A stretch of DNA of 64,000 bases from Bacteroidota bacterium (GCA_039028895.1 JBCCHF010000013.1:4360-68359), one strand, 5' to 3'; shown: positions 1 through 8,888, numbered from the stretch's first letter. The notes: generated by a model not told the origin, from the sequence alone. A program made the numbers and translations.

Positions 1-754
1 ACCCAACAGAGAACTCGATAGCAGCTTTGTCTGGCATGGCATTTTGCATACCTACAACGTATGGGATATGCTCTGCGATGGCCTTCGCCTGTACTTCCGA
101 GTAACAGGAATTGAGAATAACGCATTTGACCGAATCTTTGAATAACTCAAAAAGACTGTTTAAGACACCTGGATTGACAAAAACACCATGGCCTTCATTG
201 GATTCAAGGATAATGCCTTCTTTCAGGCCGTGTCCGGAAAAGTGAACTATTGTAGGTTCGTGGTCCAATAATGCTCTCCTAAGGTCTGAAGTTCTGGTAG
301 CGTGTCTTTGAATAAACTCAAACCGATTACGGTGTTTGCCCATCTTGATCCCGTCTTCAATTTCTCGGCTTTCTTCGCCAATTCTGATTCTGGAGGTATT
401 TTCAGGATTTGCTGCTGCAAATAGAATTTTTATGGTACCCTGATTGACAGGAGGTTGGGGATTATTATTGGTGGGGTTATCAGGTGTTTTTACAGAATCT
501 TCGATGTGAGCATCATCTTCAATTTCCTTGGACATTTCAATAATAGCAAACCGTATGCGGTTTAGGGTTTCAGGTTTGGCTCCCATCCCAAATCTTTCAT
601 CACGTTTATATTGTGCATATTGCCCCTGGAGCATGATGACCTGAGTTTCTTCATCTCCCCCTTTTGAAGAATAATACTGACTTAAAGCAGTCAGAGCTTC
701 ATCAATTCTTCCTGAAGCCATATGATTAGTAATTACATCTTTGAGCTTGGCCAT
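1..754 (-). CDS. Cytoplasmic caspase-like CHAT-type domain protein with N-terminal helical effector-associated-like domain (C-terminus lies beyond window edge)
   Basis: The ORF is open to the window edge, so it is absent from the ORF track. Hand translation of the minus strand from ATG (754..752) gives MAKLKDVITNHMASGRIDEALTALSQYY...TIKILFAAANPENTSRIRIGEESREIEDGI...EPTIVHFSGHGLKEG...VKCVILNSCYSEVQAKAI with no stop down to position 1. The His (FSGHG) and Cys (LNSCY) lie about 45 aa apart, as in the caspase/CHAT dyad. The first ~80 aa form a small all-helical module. No signal peptide. Confidence 0.6.
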   Translation of the reverse strand, partial: MAKLKDVITNHMASGRIDEALTALSQYYSSKGGDEETQVIMLQGQYAQYKRDERFGMGAKPETLNRIRFAIIEMSKEIEDDAHIEDSVKTPDNPTNNNPQPPVNQGTIKILFAAANPENTSRIRIGEESREIEDGIKMGKHRNRFEFIQRHATRTSDLRRALLDHEPTIVHFSGHGLKEGIILESNEGHGVFVNPGVLNSLFELFKDSVKCVILNSCYSEVQAKAIAEHIPYVVGMQNAMPDKAAIEFSVG

Positions 755-866
755 GCCTGTCGCAATTATATTTTCCGGTTAAGGGAATAATATACGAAAT
801 ATGGGTATTAACCAAGTAAATCAACAAATTTGTAATTTACAGGTCTATCCTCAAATCTACATCAAT

Positions 867-3152
867 ATGAATCCTATTCGAATTATCTTTTCCCTGGTCT
901 TGGTGGTCTCTTTTTCTATAAATCAATCAAATGCCCAGGTAGCATCATCTGACTCACTATTCCTGGTTGATTTTTACAATTCTACTAACGGTAGTGACTG
1001 GAATAATGACTTAAACTGGTTAACGGCCAATCCGGTAAGTACCTGGTTTGGTGTAAGTGTAGTGGACTGGAACGGCGTGTTCAGAGTGTCTGCAATTGAA
1101 TTGAATGGGAATAATGTAACAGGAACCATTCCGGCTGATATCAATGGTTTGGCCGCCTTGGAGCGGTTCGACATTTTTACAAATGGAGTAGGGGGCAGTT
1201 TCCCAAATATCACCTCACTTGATCGGTTGGAATACCTCGACCTAGGGCGGAACTTGTTTACCAGTATTGGTGCTATGCCAACTCCGATTAATGTATTGGA
1301 AACTTTCTATTGTGACCAAAACCAGTTAACAGATCTGCCCGACCTGAGTGGGTTAGATGACCTTAACCTTTTTTGGTGTAATGATAACCGATTAACCTTT
1401 GAAGATGTTGGACCTTATGTAGGTGACTTTATTGATTACAGTTACGCGCCGCAGGCCGACCTCGATCCTCAGACAATATATATTCCATTTGGATCATTTA
1501 TCAATCTTTTCATTTTTGTTGATAATTATCCCAATTTGGTTTATGACTGGTTTTTTGGTGGCGCGAATGTACATACCGGCACTTTTTATGGCTTGTCTAA
1601 TGTAAGCGAAATTGATGATGGAATTTATACCATTGAGGTAACCCACCCCAGTGTTCCGGGCCTTACGATAACCGGGTTTATCGATCTTGTTGTCCTTTTT
1701 CAGGATAATAACGGAGGACAGTTTAATCCTCAGCAATTTATGGTGCAGTTTGAAGATGGCGCTGATCCGGCCAATATTGCTGCGTTGGAAACCTTGCTCA
1801 TTTCAGAAGGTGCCTTCAAGATCAAAGACTGTATGTGCGGAGATAGACTACAGTTGTGGGGTGCGAGTACGGCTTTTGATGTTGAGGAACGCCGACAAAC
1901 TGCCGAAGACCAATTAGATGTTGACAGTACAGGCACCAACTACCTGGTAAATATCATGCCACTACAGGAAGGGGAAGGACCCGTTACCTCCTGGGCACCG
2001 CCCAATACACCGACAGGTGCAAATCCTGTCAAAATTGCAGTGATTGATACAGGTATTGATCCTGAAAACATCGATATCAAGGACTTTATCTGGACGAACG
2101 ACGATGAACAGGTAGCAATGACGGATGATGACCTTAACTGTTATATCGATGACGAAGTGGGCTACGATTTTTTCAATGAAAGAACAGACCCTATAGACCT
2201 TAACGGGCATGGTACACATGTTAGTGGTTTGATATTGAGAGATTATCCGGCTAATGTAGCCGCGGAGCTTATGAATCTCAAGGTACATACAGGTGAAATC
2301 GGATTCCTCTTTGACGCCGCCTGCGCGATGCGTTATGCTATTGACAAACAGGCCGATGTTATGAATCTCAGTTTCGGTTATTATGGCGACCGTTCCTATA
2401 TTCTTGAATCAGCAGTTACAGATGCTGAATCAGCAGATATTGTATTAGTAGCTTCTGCAGGTAATGGTATTGACGATTCTGGTGTTGATACGGATATCAA
2501 TTTCCACTGGCCAAGCAGTTTTGAAAACAATAACATGATCACAGTTGGAGCACTTAATCCTGATCTTAATGATCTGGCCACTTATTCTAATTTCGGTCCA
2601 AATAGTATCGATATTTGTGCGCCTGGCTCCTTGATTGAAAGTACGCATTTAAGCAATGGTTTCGTGATTTTAAGTGGCACCTCCATGGCAGCAGGATTAG
2701 TAACGAGAACCGCCTCCGTAATCAGAGGTTTATACCCGAGCCGAAATGCTTATGAAGTCATTAGTTGTATCTTGAATACCGCAGAATTTACTCCTAACCT
2801 TGATGGAAAAATTTTGACAAGTGGACAATTGAATCATGGTAATGCCATTAATGACTGCCTGGTGATCAGCACCGAAAATATTCCCGAAAGGGAAATGAAG
2901 ATATTCCCTCAGCCTTTTGCTGATATGGTAACTATCCAATTGGATAATGTCATTCCCGGAGCTGTAGAATTTGAGATATATGATACCTTCGGCCAATTAA
3001 TTTTCAGACAAAACCTTGAAAATATTGAGCGAATTGATTGGAATGGGACAACCTTGTCAGGAAATATCGCACCATCAGGGGCTTACCCGTTTCTGTTAAA
3101 AACGAAAGAAGGTCAACATAGCGGAATTCTGATTAAATTAGTGAATGATTAA
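867..3152 (+). CDS. Secreted leucine-rich-repeat + subtilisin-family (S8) serine peptidase with T9SS C-terminal sorting domain
   Basis: The ORF is 801..3152. The Met at 867 begins a signal peptide (MNPIRIIFSLVLVVSFSINQSNAQ), so 867 is preferred. LRR segment: NWLTANPVSTWFGVSV, LEYLDLGRNLF, LTDLPDLSGL. S8 triad motifs: AVIDTGID / HGTHVSG / SGTSMAAG. The last ~80 aa look like a T9SS type-A sorting domain (KIFPQPFADMVTIQL...GAYPFLLKT). Confidence 0.85.
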   Translation: MNPIRIIFSLVLVVSFSINQSNAQVASSDSLFLVDFYNSTNGSDWNNDLNWLTANPVSTWFGVSVVDWNGVFRVSAIELNGNNVTGTIPADINGLAALERFDIFTNGVGGSFPNITSLDRLEYLDLGRNLFTSIGAMPTPINVLETFYCDQNQLTDLPDLSGLDDLNLFWCNDNRLTFEDVGPYVGDFIDYSYAPQADLDPQTIYIPFGSFINLFIFVDNYPNLVYDWFFGGANVHTGTFYGLSNVSEIDDGIYTIEVTHPSVPGLTITGFIDLVVLFQDNNGGQFNPQQFMVQFEDGADPANIAALETLLISEGAFKIKDCMCGDRLQLWGASTAFDVEERRQTAEDQLDVDSTGTNYLVNIMPLQEGEGPVTSWAPPNTPTGANPVKIAVIDTGIDPENIDIKDFIWTNDDEQVAMTDDDLNCYIDDEVGYDFFNERTDPIDLNGHGTHVSGLILRDYPANVAAELMNLKVHTGEIGFLFDAACAMRYAIDKQADVMNLSFGYYGDRSYILESAVTDAESADIVLVASAGNGIDDSGVDTDINFHWPSSFENNNMITVGALNPDLNDLATYSNFGPNSIDICAPGSLIESTHLSNGFVILSGTSMAAGLVTRTASVIRGLYPSRNAYEVISCILNTAEFTPNLDGKILTSGQLNHGNAINDCLVISTENIPEREMKIFPQPFADMVTIQLDNVIPGAVEFEIYDTFGQLIFRQNLENIERIDWNGTTLSGNIAPSGAYPFLLKTKEGQHSGILIKLVND

Positions 3153-6036
3153 TCGGTTTTTAACCCTTTTCATTCTACTAATTTTATCGAGTATTTTATA
3201 TGGTCAGAGTTGGCCTGATTCCTTGCAGTCTGCCATTGACAAGGCATTCGATCTATACGACGATCAACGTGATGAAGAAGCCATTACTGCACTGCTCTCG
3301 TCTATTGAAGGAGCTGAAAACGCTTTAGGAACCCAAAATCTCGATGTTGCCAATGCCTGGCATAATCTCGGGGTTTTATTCTACAGACTATATCGCTATG
3401 ATGAGGCAATTGAAGCCTATGCTCAAGCACTCAAGGTTAGAGAAGACAATCCTGAAACCCAGCCTGTTGACCTGATCAAAAGTTATCATAACATAGGAGC
3501 AGCCTACCAGTATAAAGGCGATTATATCAATGCTGTTGAATACCTCGAAGGTGCCATTTCAAAAAACAGCGATCCCTTAGTTAGTGAACGCCGCCTGATT
3601 AGGAGTTATCGCGAAATAGCCCGGGCTTATTCCAAAATGGGTGAACATGCCAAAGCCTTGGGGTTTTACGACTCTATTTGCGCCTTTTATCTTGAATCTG
3701 AAAACTATTTGTCACTCGCCTCCACCTATAACGATATGGCCAGTCTTTACACAAGGAAAGACAACGGCGCAAAAGCTTTGGAGATGTCTGCTAAGGCAAT
3801 TGACTTTTTTGATAAAATAGAAGAGAAATCCGATCGTGCTTATCGCTCTCTGGCTAATATCTACCATAATTATGCACTTGGCTATGAAGTTGAGGAAAAT
3901 TTTCAGGAAGCCTTAAATGCTTATGAAAAATCGCTTGACCTTTATTTGAAATACGCTGGTTCGGGTAGTGATCTGGTGGCAATTAATCATAATAACCAGG
4001 GGAATGTGCACCGAAAAAATAACCAGTTCAAAAAAGCGCTTGAACACTATAGCCAGGCCATCGAATTGAATGAAGCTAACAATAATTCCGCTGCCCTGGC
4101 CGATAATTACCATAACCTTGGAGAACTAAATGTCAAACAAGGCAATTATGCCAATGCACTTGAGGCTTATGACAAAGCGCTGGCTCTCCTTACCGAAAAT
4201 GATAAGGCGAATAGTAAAAACACTGATGCCGCTCCGACAGGAGACAAACTAGGCCTGCTGACCAATTTGTCAGCAAAAGCCGTATGTCATTACCAACTTT
4301 TCCTTGCCGAAGGACATGTCGATGAACTTGAAACGGCATTAACCGTATTTGAAGAAACAGATAAGGTAATTGACCAACTAAGACAGAATTATCGTTTTGA
4401 TGTATCAAAAAGCCAGTTGACAGAAACCATGCTTCCGGTGTTTGAATCTTCAATTTCAGCTTGTATTGCTCAATACCAGGTTACCCGCTCGCCCGCCTAT
4501 CTCGAAACAGCATTCAGGTATGCAGAAAAAAGTAAGGCGGTTGCACTATTGGAAGCCATTACCGACTCAAAAGCCAAATCATTTGTCGGCCTCCCCGCAG
4601 AGCTAAAAGAACAGGAAAGACAACTTAAGGTAGACATCGCCTTCCAGGAAGAAGAATTGCGAATTGAAAAATCGTTTAGCTCCCCCAGCCCTTCAGCCAT
4701 AAAAAGGATTTCAGAAAAACTGATCGGTCTTCGTCAATCTTACGAAGCGCTCATTGCGCGGATTGAAAAGGAATACCCAGACTATCACCTCCTGAAATAC
4801 AATCTTGAAACCCGTTCAGTACCACAGATACAGAGTGGTTTGTTACAGTCCGGACAAGGTCTGATCGAATATTTCGTAGGGGCAGACAGCTTGTTTGTCT
4901 TTTATGTTAATGCAAAGTCTTTCAGAGTTTTGACCCTTGAAACACCCCCTTTTCTTGGCAAAATGGTAAAAGACATGAGAGAAGGTATTTCAGGCTTCCA
5001 TCTCTCTGCTACCCCTACAGATATTGAATACGAAAGATTGGCAAAGCTCTATACGGTTCGTGCCTCTCAACTTTATCAATTATTGATTGGAAAACTTGTT
5101 GATGAAGGCATTGATTTGCCCAATGATCTGGTCATCATCCCAGATGGAGTATTGAATTACCTGCCGTTTGAAGCATTACTAACCGAAACTGCGAAAGGTG
5201 CACTTTCTTTTAGCTCCATGCCGTATTTTATCAATAAGCATAATGTCAGTTACTGCTATTCCGCCACATTATTGGACGAAATGGTGTCAAAAAAAGTTAA
5301 GGGCAAAAGTGCTGGCCTCCTAGCGATGGCACCGATCTTTAAAGGTGGTAGTGACCTTTCTCCACTTGAAAGCAATACGTCGGAAGTAGAACAGATAATG
5401 ACTATCTGGAATGGTGACATGAGACTTGGAGATCAGGCTACCAAGTCTGCTTTTGTTGACCTTGCCGGAAATTATCGCCTGCTACATCTGGCCACTCACG
5501 CCGAAGCCTTATCTGAAGATGGCGACCGATCATATCTTGCATTTACGCAATCAGGTAGTGAGCCATTGGACGCCAGGTTACTGGTAAAAGAACTGTATAA
5601 TTTACCATTGAATGCAGACCTTGTAGTTTTGAGCGCATGCGAAACAGGCATAGGTGAATTCAGGAGGGGAGAAGGATTGATTAGCCTGGCCAGGGGTATG
5701 TCATATGCAGGTGCAACAGGGATTGTAACAACCTTGTGGAAAATTGACGATGCGAAAACCTCGGAATTGATGGCCAATTTTTATAAATACCTAAAGTCCG
5801 GGAAATCAAAGTCCATTGCTCTGACGGAAGCTAAGCGTAAGTATATTACTTCGAATAAAGACTATGATGCTCACCCCTTCTTTTGGGCAGCGCCAGTTGC
5901 AATTGGGGATATGGGATCAATTAGGCTCGACCTGTCTCCTGCAACAAACCTGGGCTGGTACCTTGGGATAGGGGTGTTGTTGGTTTTGGCGATTGGGTAT
6001 TTTTTCAGAAAAAAGCCTAAATCAAAATCAGTTTAA
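3145..6036 (+). CDS. TPR-repeat + CHAT (caspase-like peptidase) domain protein with signal peptide and C-terminal membrane anchor
   Basis: 963 aa. The ATG overlaps the upstream S8 stop by 8 nt (AATGATTAA). Signal-like N-terminus MINRFLTLFILLILSSILYGQ. Many TPR-like units (e.g. AWHNLGVLFYRLYRYDEAIEAYAQAL, SYHNIGAAYQYKGDYINAVEYLEGAI). The CHAT domain has His785 (LHLATHA, cac 5497..5499) and Cys832 (VVLSACETG, tgc 5638..5640). Terminal TM helix WYLGIGVLLVLAIGYFF is followed by RKKPKSKSV. Confidence 0.85.
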   Translation: MINRFLTLFILLILSSILYGQSWPDSLQSAIDKAFDLYDDQRDEEAITALLSSIEGAENALGTQNLDVANAWHNLGVLFYRLYRYDEAIEAYAQALKVREDNPETQPVDLIKSYHNIGAAYQYKGDYINAVEYLEGAISKNSDPLVSERRLIRSYREIARAYSKMGEHAKALGFYDSICAFYLESENYLSLASTYNDMASLYTRKDNGAKALEMSAKAIDFFDKIEEKSDRAYRSLANIYHNYALGYEVEENFQEALNAYEKSLDLYLKYAGSGSDLVAINHNNQGNVHRKNNQFKKALEHYSQAIELNEANNNSAALADNYHNLGELNVKQGNYANALEAYDKALALLTENDKANSKNTDAAPTGDKLGLLTNLSAKAVCHYQLFLAEGHVDELETALTVFEETDKVIDQLRQNYRFDVSKSQLTETMLPVFESSISACIAQYQVTRSPAYLETAFRYAEKSKAVALLEAITDSKAKSFVGLPAELKEQERQLKVDIAFQEEELRIEKSFSSPSPSAIKRISEKLIGLRQSYEALIARIEKEYPDYHLLKYNLETRSVPQIQSGLLQSGQGLIEYFVGADSLFVFYVNAKSFRVLTLETPPFLGKMVKDMREGISGFHLSATPTDIEYERLAKLYTVRASQLYQLLIGKLVDEGIDLPNDLVIIPDGVLNYLPFEALLTETAKGALSFSSMPYFINKHNVSYCYSATLLDEMVSKKVKGKSAGLLAMAPIFKGGSDLSPLESNTSEVEQIMTIWNGDMRLGDQATKSAFVDLAGNYRLLHLATHAEALSEDGDRSYLAFTQSGSEPLDARLLVKELYNLPLNADLVVLSACETGIGEFRRGEGLISLARGMSYAGATGIVTTLWKIDDAKTSELMANFYKYLKSGKSKSIALTEAKRKYITSNKDYDAHPFFWAAPVAIGDMGSIRLDLSPATNLGWYLGIGVLLVLAIGYFFRKKPKSKSV

Positions 6037-6047
6037 CTTGCTTTTTC

Positions 6048-6845
6048 TTATTTGCTCTTTTCCAGAATTTCCAAGGCTTCGGAGTTGTATTCATGACCCT
6101 GGTCATTAGCGATCCGCTGCAAATGCTCTTGCCACTCATTTTCTCTTTCGAGGGCCAGGTAACATAATGCAGCAAACCAATCAGCTTTTTCTTTAAACCT
6201 TGGACTATTTGTCGCGACGACTGTCTCGAATGCCTTTATTGCACTTCCGTAATTCTCATTTTCGAATTGGGCGTAGCCAAGATATATTTGAGCATCGGTG
6301 TACTGTGGATCGTCTGCAGGAATTGAAGCGAAGTAGTCCGCTGCGTCTCCAAATGCTTTATCGGTAAAGGCGATGATGCCTTCTTTCAATCGATGCTCAG
6401 TGCCGGAAGCATCCCTGACCAATGGCATTTTGTGTTCTGGAGTATAAGTCGCTAGAATCTCTTCTGTGCTCAAGACACCAGTAGGCCGCAATAGGAACCA
6501 GAAAATAAGAACAGTAACCACCAGGCTTGCGGCCATAGCAATTAGTGGCAAGATGCCGCGCTCGCGACGAGATTTCGACGGGTTGATATCACGGATATTG
6601 TCGTTATCTGATTGAGCACCTTTTTCTTGTTGGCTAATTGCCTTTTCCCAACTATCGAGATTGGTTTGAAAGTCTTCAGCATTCAAGGTGTCAAAACCAA
6701 GCTTTAATTGTCGGTAATGCTCAACTTCGGCTTTTAGAGATTCGTCCTTTGACATTTGGTCAATGAATTGTTGTTCCTCAGCTTTTTCCATATCGCCGTT
6801 GAGGAATCTTTGGATGATCTCTATATTTTGTAATTCCTGATCCAT
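6048..6845 (-). CDS. Single-pass anti-sigma-like membrane protein with periplasmic TPR-like domain
   Basis: 265 aa, starting 15 nt downstream of the ECF sigma gene on the same strand. N-terminal helical region (IEIIQRFLNGDMEKAEEQQFIDQM), one TM helix (ILPLIAMAASLVVTVLIFWFLL), and a C-terminal TPR-like region (AQIYLGYAQFENENYGSAIKAFETVV, ADWFAALCYLALERENEW). The anti-sigma role rests on position and architecture, not on a recognised family motif. Confidence 0.55.
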   Translation of the reverse strand: MDQELQNIEIIQRFLNGDMEKAEEQQFIDQMSKDESLKAEVEHYRQLKLGFDTLNAEDFQTNLDSWEKAISQQEKGAQSDNDNIRDINPSKSRRERGILPLIAMAASLVVTVLIFWFLLRPTGVLSTEEILATYTPEHKMPLVRDASGTEHRLKEGIIAFTDKAFGDAADYFASIPADDPQYTDAQIYLGYAQFENENYGSAIKAFETVVATNSPRFKEKADWFAALCYLALERENEWQEHLQRIANDQGHEYNSEALEILEKSK

Positions 6846-6860
6846 AGCCCTGGTTTTTAG

Positions 6861-7427
6861 TTAATTACCATCTGATTTGGCGATCAGGTCACGCATTTTC
6901 TTCAAACAGAGGAATTTACGCTTTCTAACTGCTTGTTCGTTCTTTAGTTCCATAGTATGCATTACGGCGTCTGTACTGTAAGCTTTGATAAAAAGCAATT
7001 CCAGCAATTGCCTGCAAGGCTCGCCGATCATATTAAGTAACCGTCGGACAAGGTCCGCCTGGTCGCGATGATTATACGAGTCCATGATTGAGTAGTCTAC
7101 CTGGCTTTTAATGACGGTGTCGTCCAGATCACTTACTTTCAAATGTTTGTCCCTGAACCGCTTCAGGAAAACATTCCTGCCGATAGAAAACAAGTAGGTT
7201 TTCAAACTGCTTGTAAGCTCGGTTAATTTACCCTCCTTGATATTAAAATAAAAGATGGTAAAGGCTTTCTGATAGACATCAACAGCATCTTCCCTGGGAC
7301 AACTGAATTTCTGTGCCCCCCAAGCCAGGAAATTTTCCCTGTATTCATGGTAAAGTTGTTGAAGCAGTCGCTGATCTCCCATTCTGATCTGCTCCAATCG
7401 CACTTTTTCTGTTGTGTTCTTATCCAT
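6861..7427 (-). CDS. ECF-type RNA polymerase sigma-70 family factor
   Basis: 188 aa. Region 2-like segment (LLQQLYHEYRENFLAWGAQKF...EDAVDVYQKAFTIFY) and region 4 HTH (CRQLLELLFIKAYSTDAVMHTMELKNEQAVRKRKFLCLKKMRDLI). Size and layout are typical of group IV sigma factors. Confidence 0.85.
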   Translation of the reverse strand: MDKNTTEKVRLEQIRMGDQRLLQQLYHEYRENFLAWGAQKFSCPREDAVDVYQKAFTIFYFNIKEGKLTELTSSLKTYLFSIGRNVFLKRFRDKHLKVSDLDDTVIKSQVDYSIMDSYNHRDQADLVRRLLNMIGEPCRQLLELLFIKAYSTDAVMHTMELKNEQAVRKRKFLCLKKMRDLIAKSDGN

Positions 7428-7572
7428 TTATACCACAAGGATTGAAAGTATTCCTTCGAATTTAGAAAAAAACTACAGCTTCAGGGAATACATTGGAATA
7501 CGAAGGGGATAAAAGGTTGAATTGAAGGGGCAAATGACTTTGCTCCGATTAATAAAACCTAAAAAAATAATT

Positions 7573-8853
7573 ATGAAAGCCCTAACAGTTGAATTAAGAC
7601 CATTAGACCTGAGTTCATACTTAATATTACTCTCAATGTTTTTGATGTTTGCTATTGCCAATACCGGTTGTGAGCATATCGAAATACCCGAAACTCCGGA
7701 AACACCAATCGTAGAGATGGATCCTACAGATAGTATTGCAGGCCAGTATGTGGTGATCATGAAAGAAGAATTCATGACCCCGTTTTACCATTTTACCTTT
7801 AATGGTAACCCCGAAAACAGAGGAGATCAAAAAGAAGAATACGAATCCTACCAGATCCAGGTTGAGGAAGAACTTGAAGCTTATCTCACCCAGATCGGCA
7901 TTGAGTGGGATTCCATCCACACCGTTTACGCTGCTTCTATGATCGGTTTTGCGGGAGGTATTTCTAATGAACAGGCCAATATGCTGAGCTTTGAACCAAT
8001 GGTTGATGTTGTTGAGCCGGATTTTGAAGATTTGGTAATAGAAACAAAAGGTAAAAGCCATGTAAAAGGCGGTGGCGATCCACAAACAGTAGATTGGGGA
8101 GTCAGCCAGATTGGATCAACAGATATGACCGGATCTCCCTGGTGGGCATTTGTGTTGGATACCGGAATCGACCTTGATCACCCTGATTTGAATGTCAGAA
8201 CAGACTATAGCAAGTCATATGTCTTTTTCCGCGGACCAAATGATGAAAACGGACATGGAACACATGTTGCAGGCACCATAGCAGCCATTGACAACTCCAT
8301 TGGTACCATGGGCGTGGCTGCTGGAGCCCCGGTAGTAGCCGTCAAAGTATTAAAAGAAAATGGTCGCGGACGAATGGCGCGGATTGTGAAAGGGATTGAT
8401 TATGCATGTGGCGTAAGTATCCCAGGGGACGTTGTAAATCTAAGCCTTGGCGGAAAAGATCGCCGCCGCAGGACCAGGGTTTACTCAAGGGCAATTCAGC
8501 CAGTAGCGGCCAAAGGTGTGTTTGTCGCAATCGCTGCTGGCAATAACGGCAGGAATGCTGATAGTCAGGTCCCCGCAAGAATAAATGGTGTAAATATCTA
8601 TACCGTTTCTGCCATGAATTCAGGAGGATCTTTTGCGGGTTTCTCAAACTTCGGAAGTGATGTGGATTTTTGTGCTCCAGGTGTAGGTATATTGTCTCTT
8701 GACAAAGATGGCGGTTGTACTACGATGAGTGGGACCTCCATGGCAACACCACATGTAGCAGGAATCTTGCTTGCGAATGGTGGCGTTGTTAATACGTCTG
8801 GTAATGTTGCTGGTGATCCTGATGGGGTTGCTGATCCGATTGCTGGAATGTAA
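7573..8853 (+). CDS. Subtilisin-family (S8) serine peptidase lipoprotein with N-terminal I9-like propeptide
   Basis: The ORF is 7522..8853. The Met at 7573 gives MKALTVEL...LSMFLMFAIANTGC, a lipoprotein-type signal ending in Cys. Propeptide-like region: YVVIMKEE...VDVVEPDFE. S8 triad motifs: FVLDTGIDLDHPDL / HGTHVAGT / SGTSMATPHVAG. Confidence 0.85.
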   Translation: MKALTVELRPLDLSSYLILLSMFLMFAIANTGCEHIEIPETPETPIVEMDPTDSIAGQYVVIMKEEFMTPFYHFTFNGNPENRGDQKEEYESYQIQVEEELEAYLTQIGIEWDSIHTVYAASMIGFAGGISNEQANMLSFEPMVDVVEPDFEDLVIETKGKSHVKGGGDPQTVDWGVSQIGSTDMTGSPWWAFVLDTGIDLDHPDLNVRTDYSKSYVFFRGPNDENGHGTHVAGTIAAIDNSIGTMGVAAGAPVVAVKVLKENGRGRMARIVKGIDYACGVSIPGDVVNLSLGGKDRRRRTRVYSRAIQPVAAKGVFVAIAAGNNGRNADSQVPARINGVNIYTVSAMNSGGSFAGFSNFGSDVDFCAPGVGILSLDKDGGCTTMSGTSMATPHVAGILLANGGVVNTSGNVAGDPDGVADPIAGM

Positions 8854-8888
8854 GCAGGCGTAAACTGCAAAAATTAAAAAGTAATACT

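Noticed and set aside
1-6036. CHAT proteins as part of a type III-E CRISPR 'Craspase'-like system
   Set aside because: No CRISPR repeats, no Cas7-11/gRAMP-sized gene and no other cas genes are present in the window. In addition, the large CHAT protein is predicted to be extracytoplasmic.
7633-8085. 150-aa and other 60-135-aa ORFs antisense to or nested in large genes (e.g. 7633..8085, 55834..56238, 35376..35813, 24881..25261, 26203..26580)
   Set aside because: All lie fully inside long ORFs that carry strong family motifs on the other strand or frame. None shows recognisable motifs, signal peptides or plausible start contexts.
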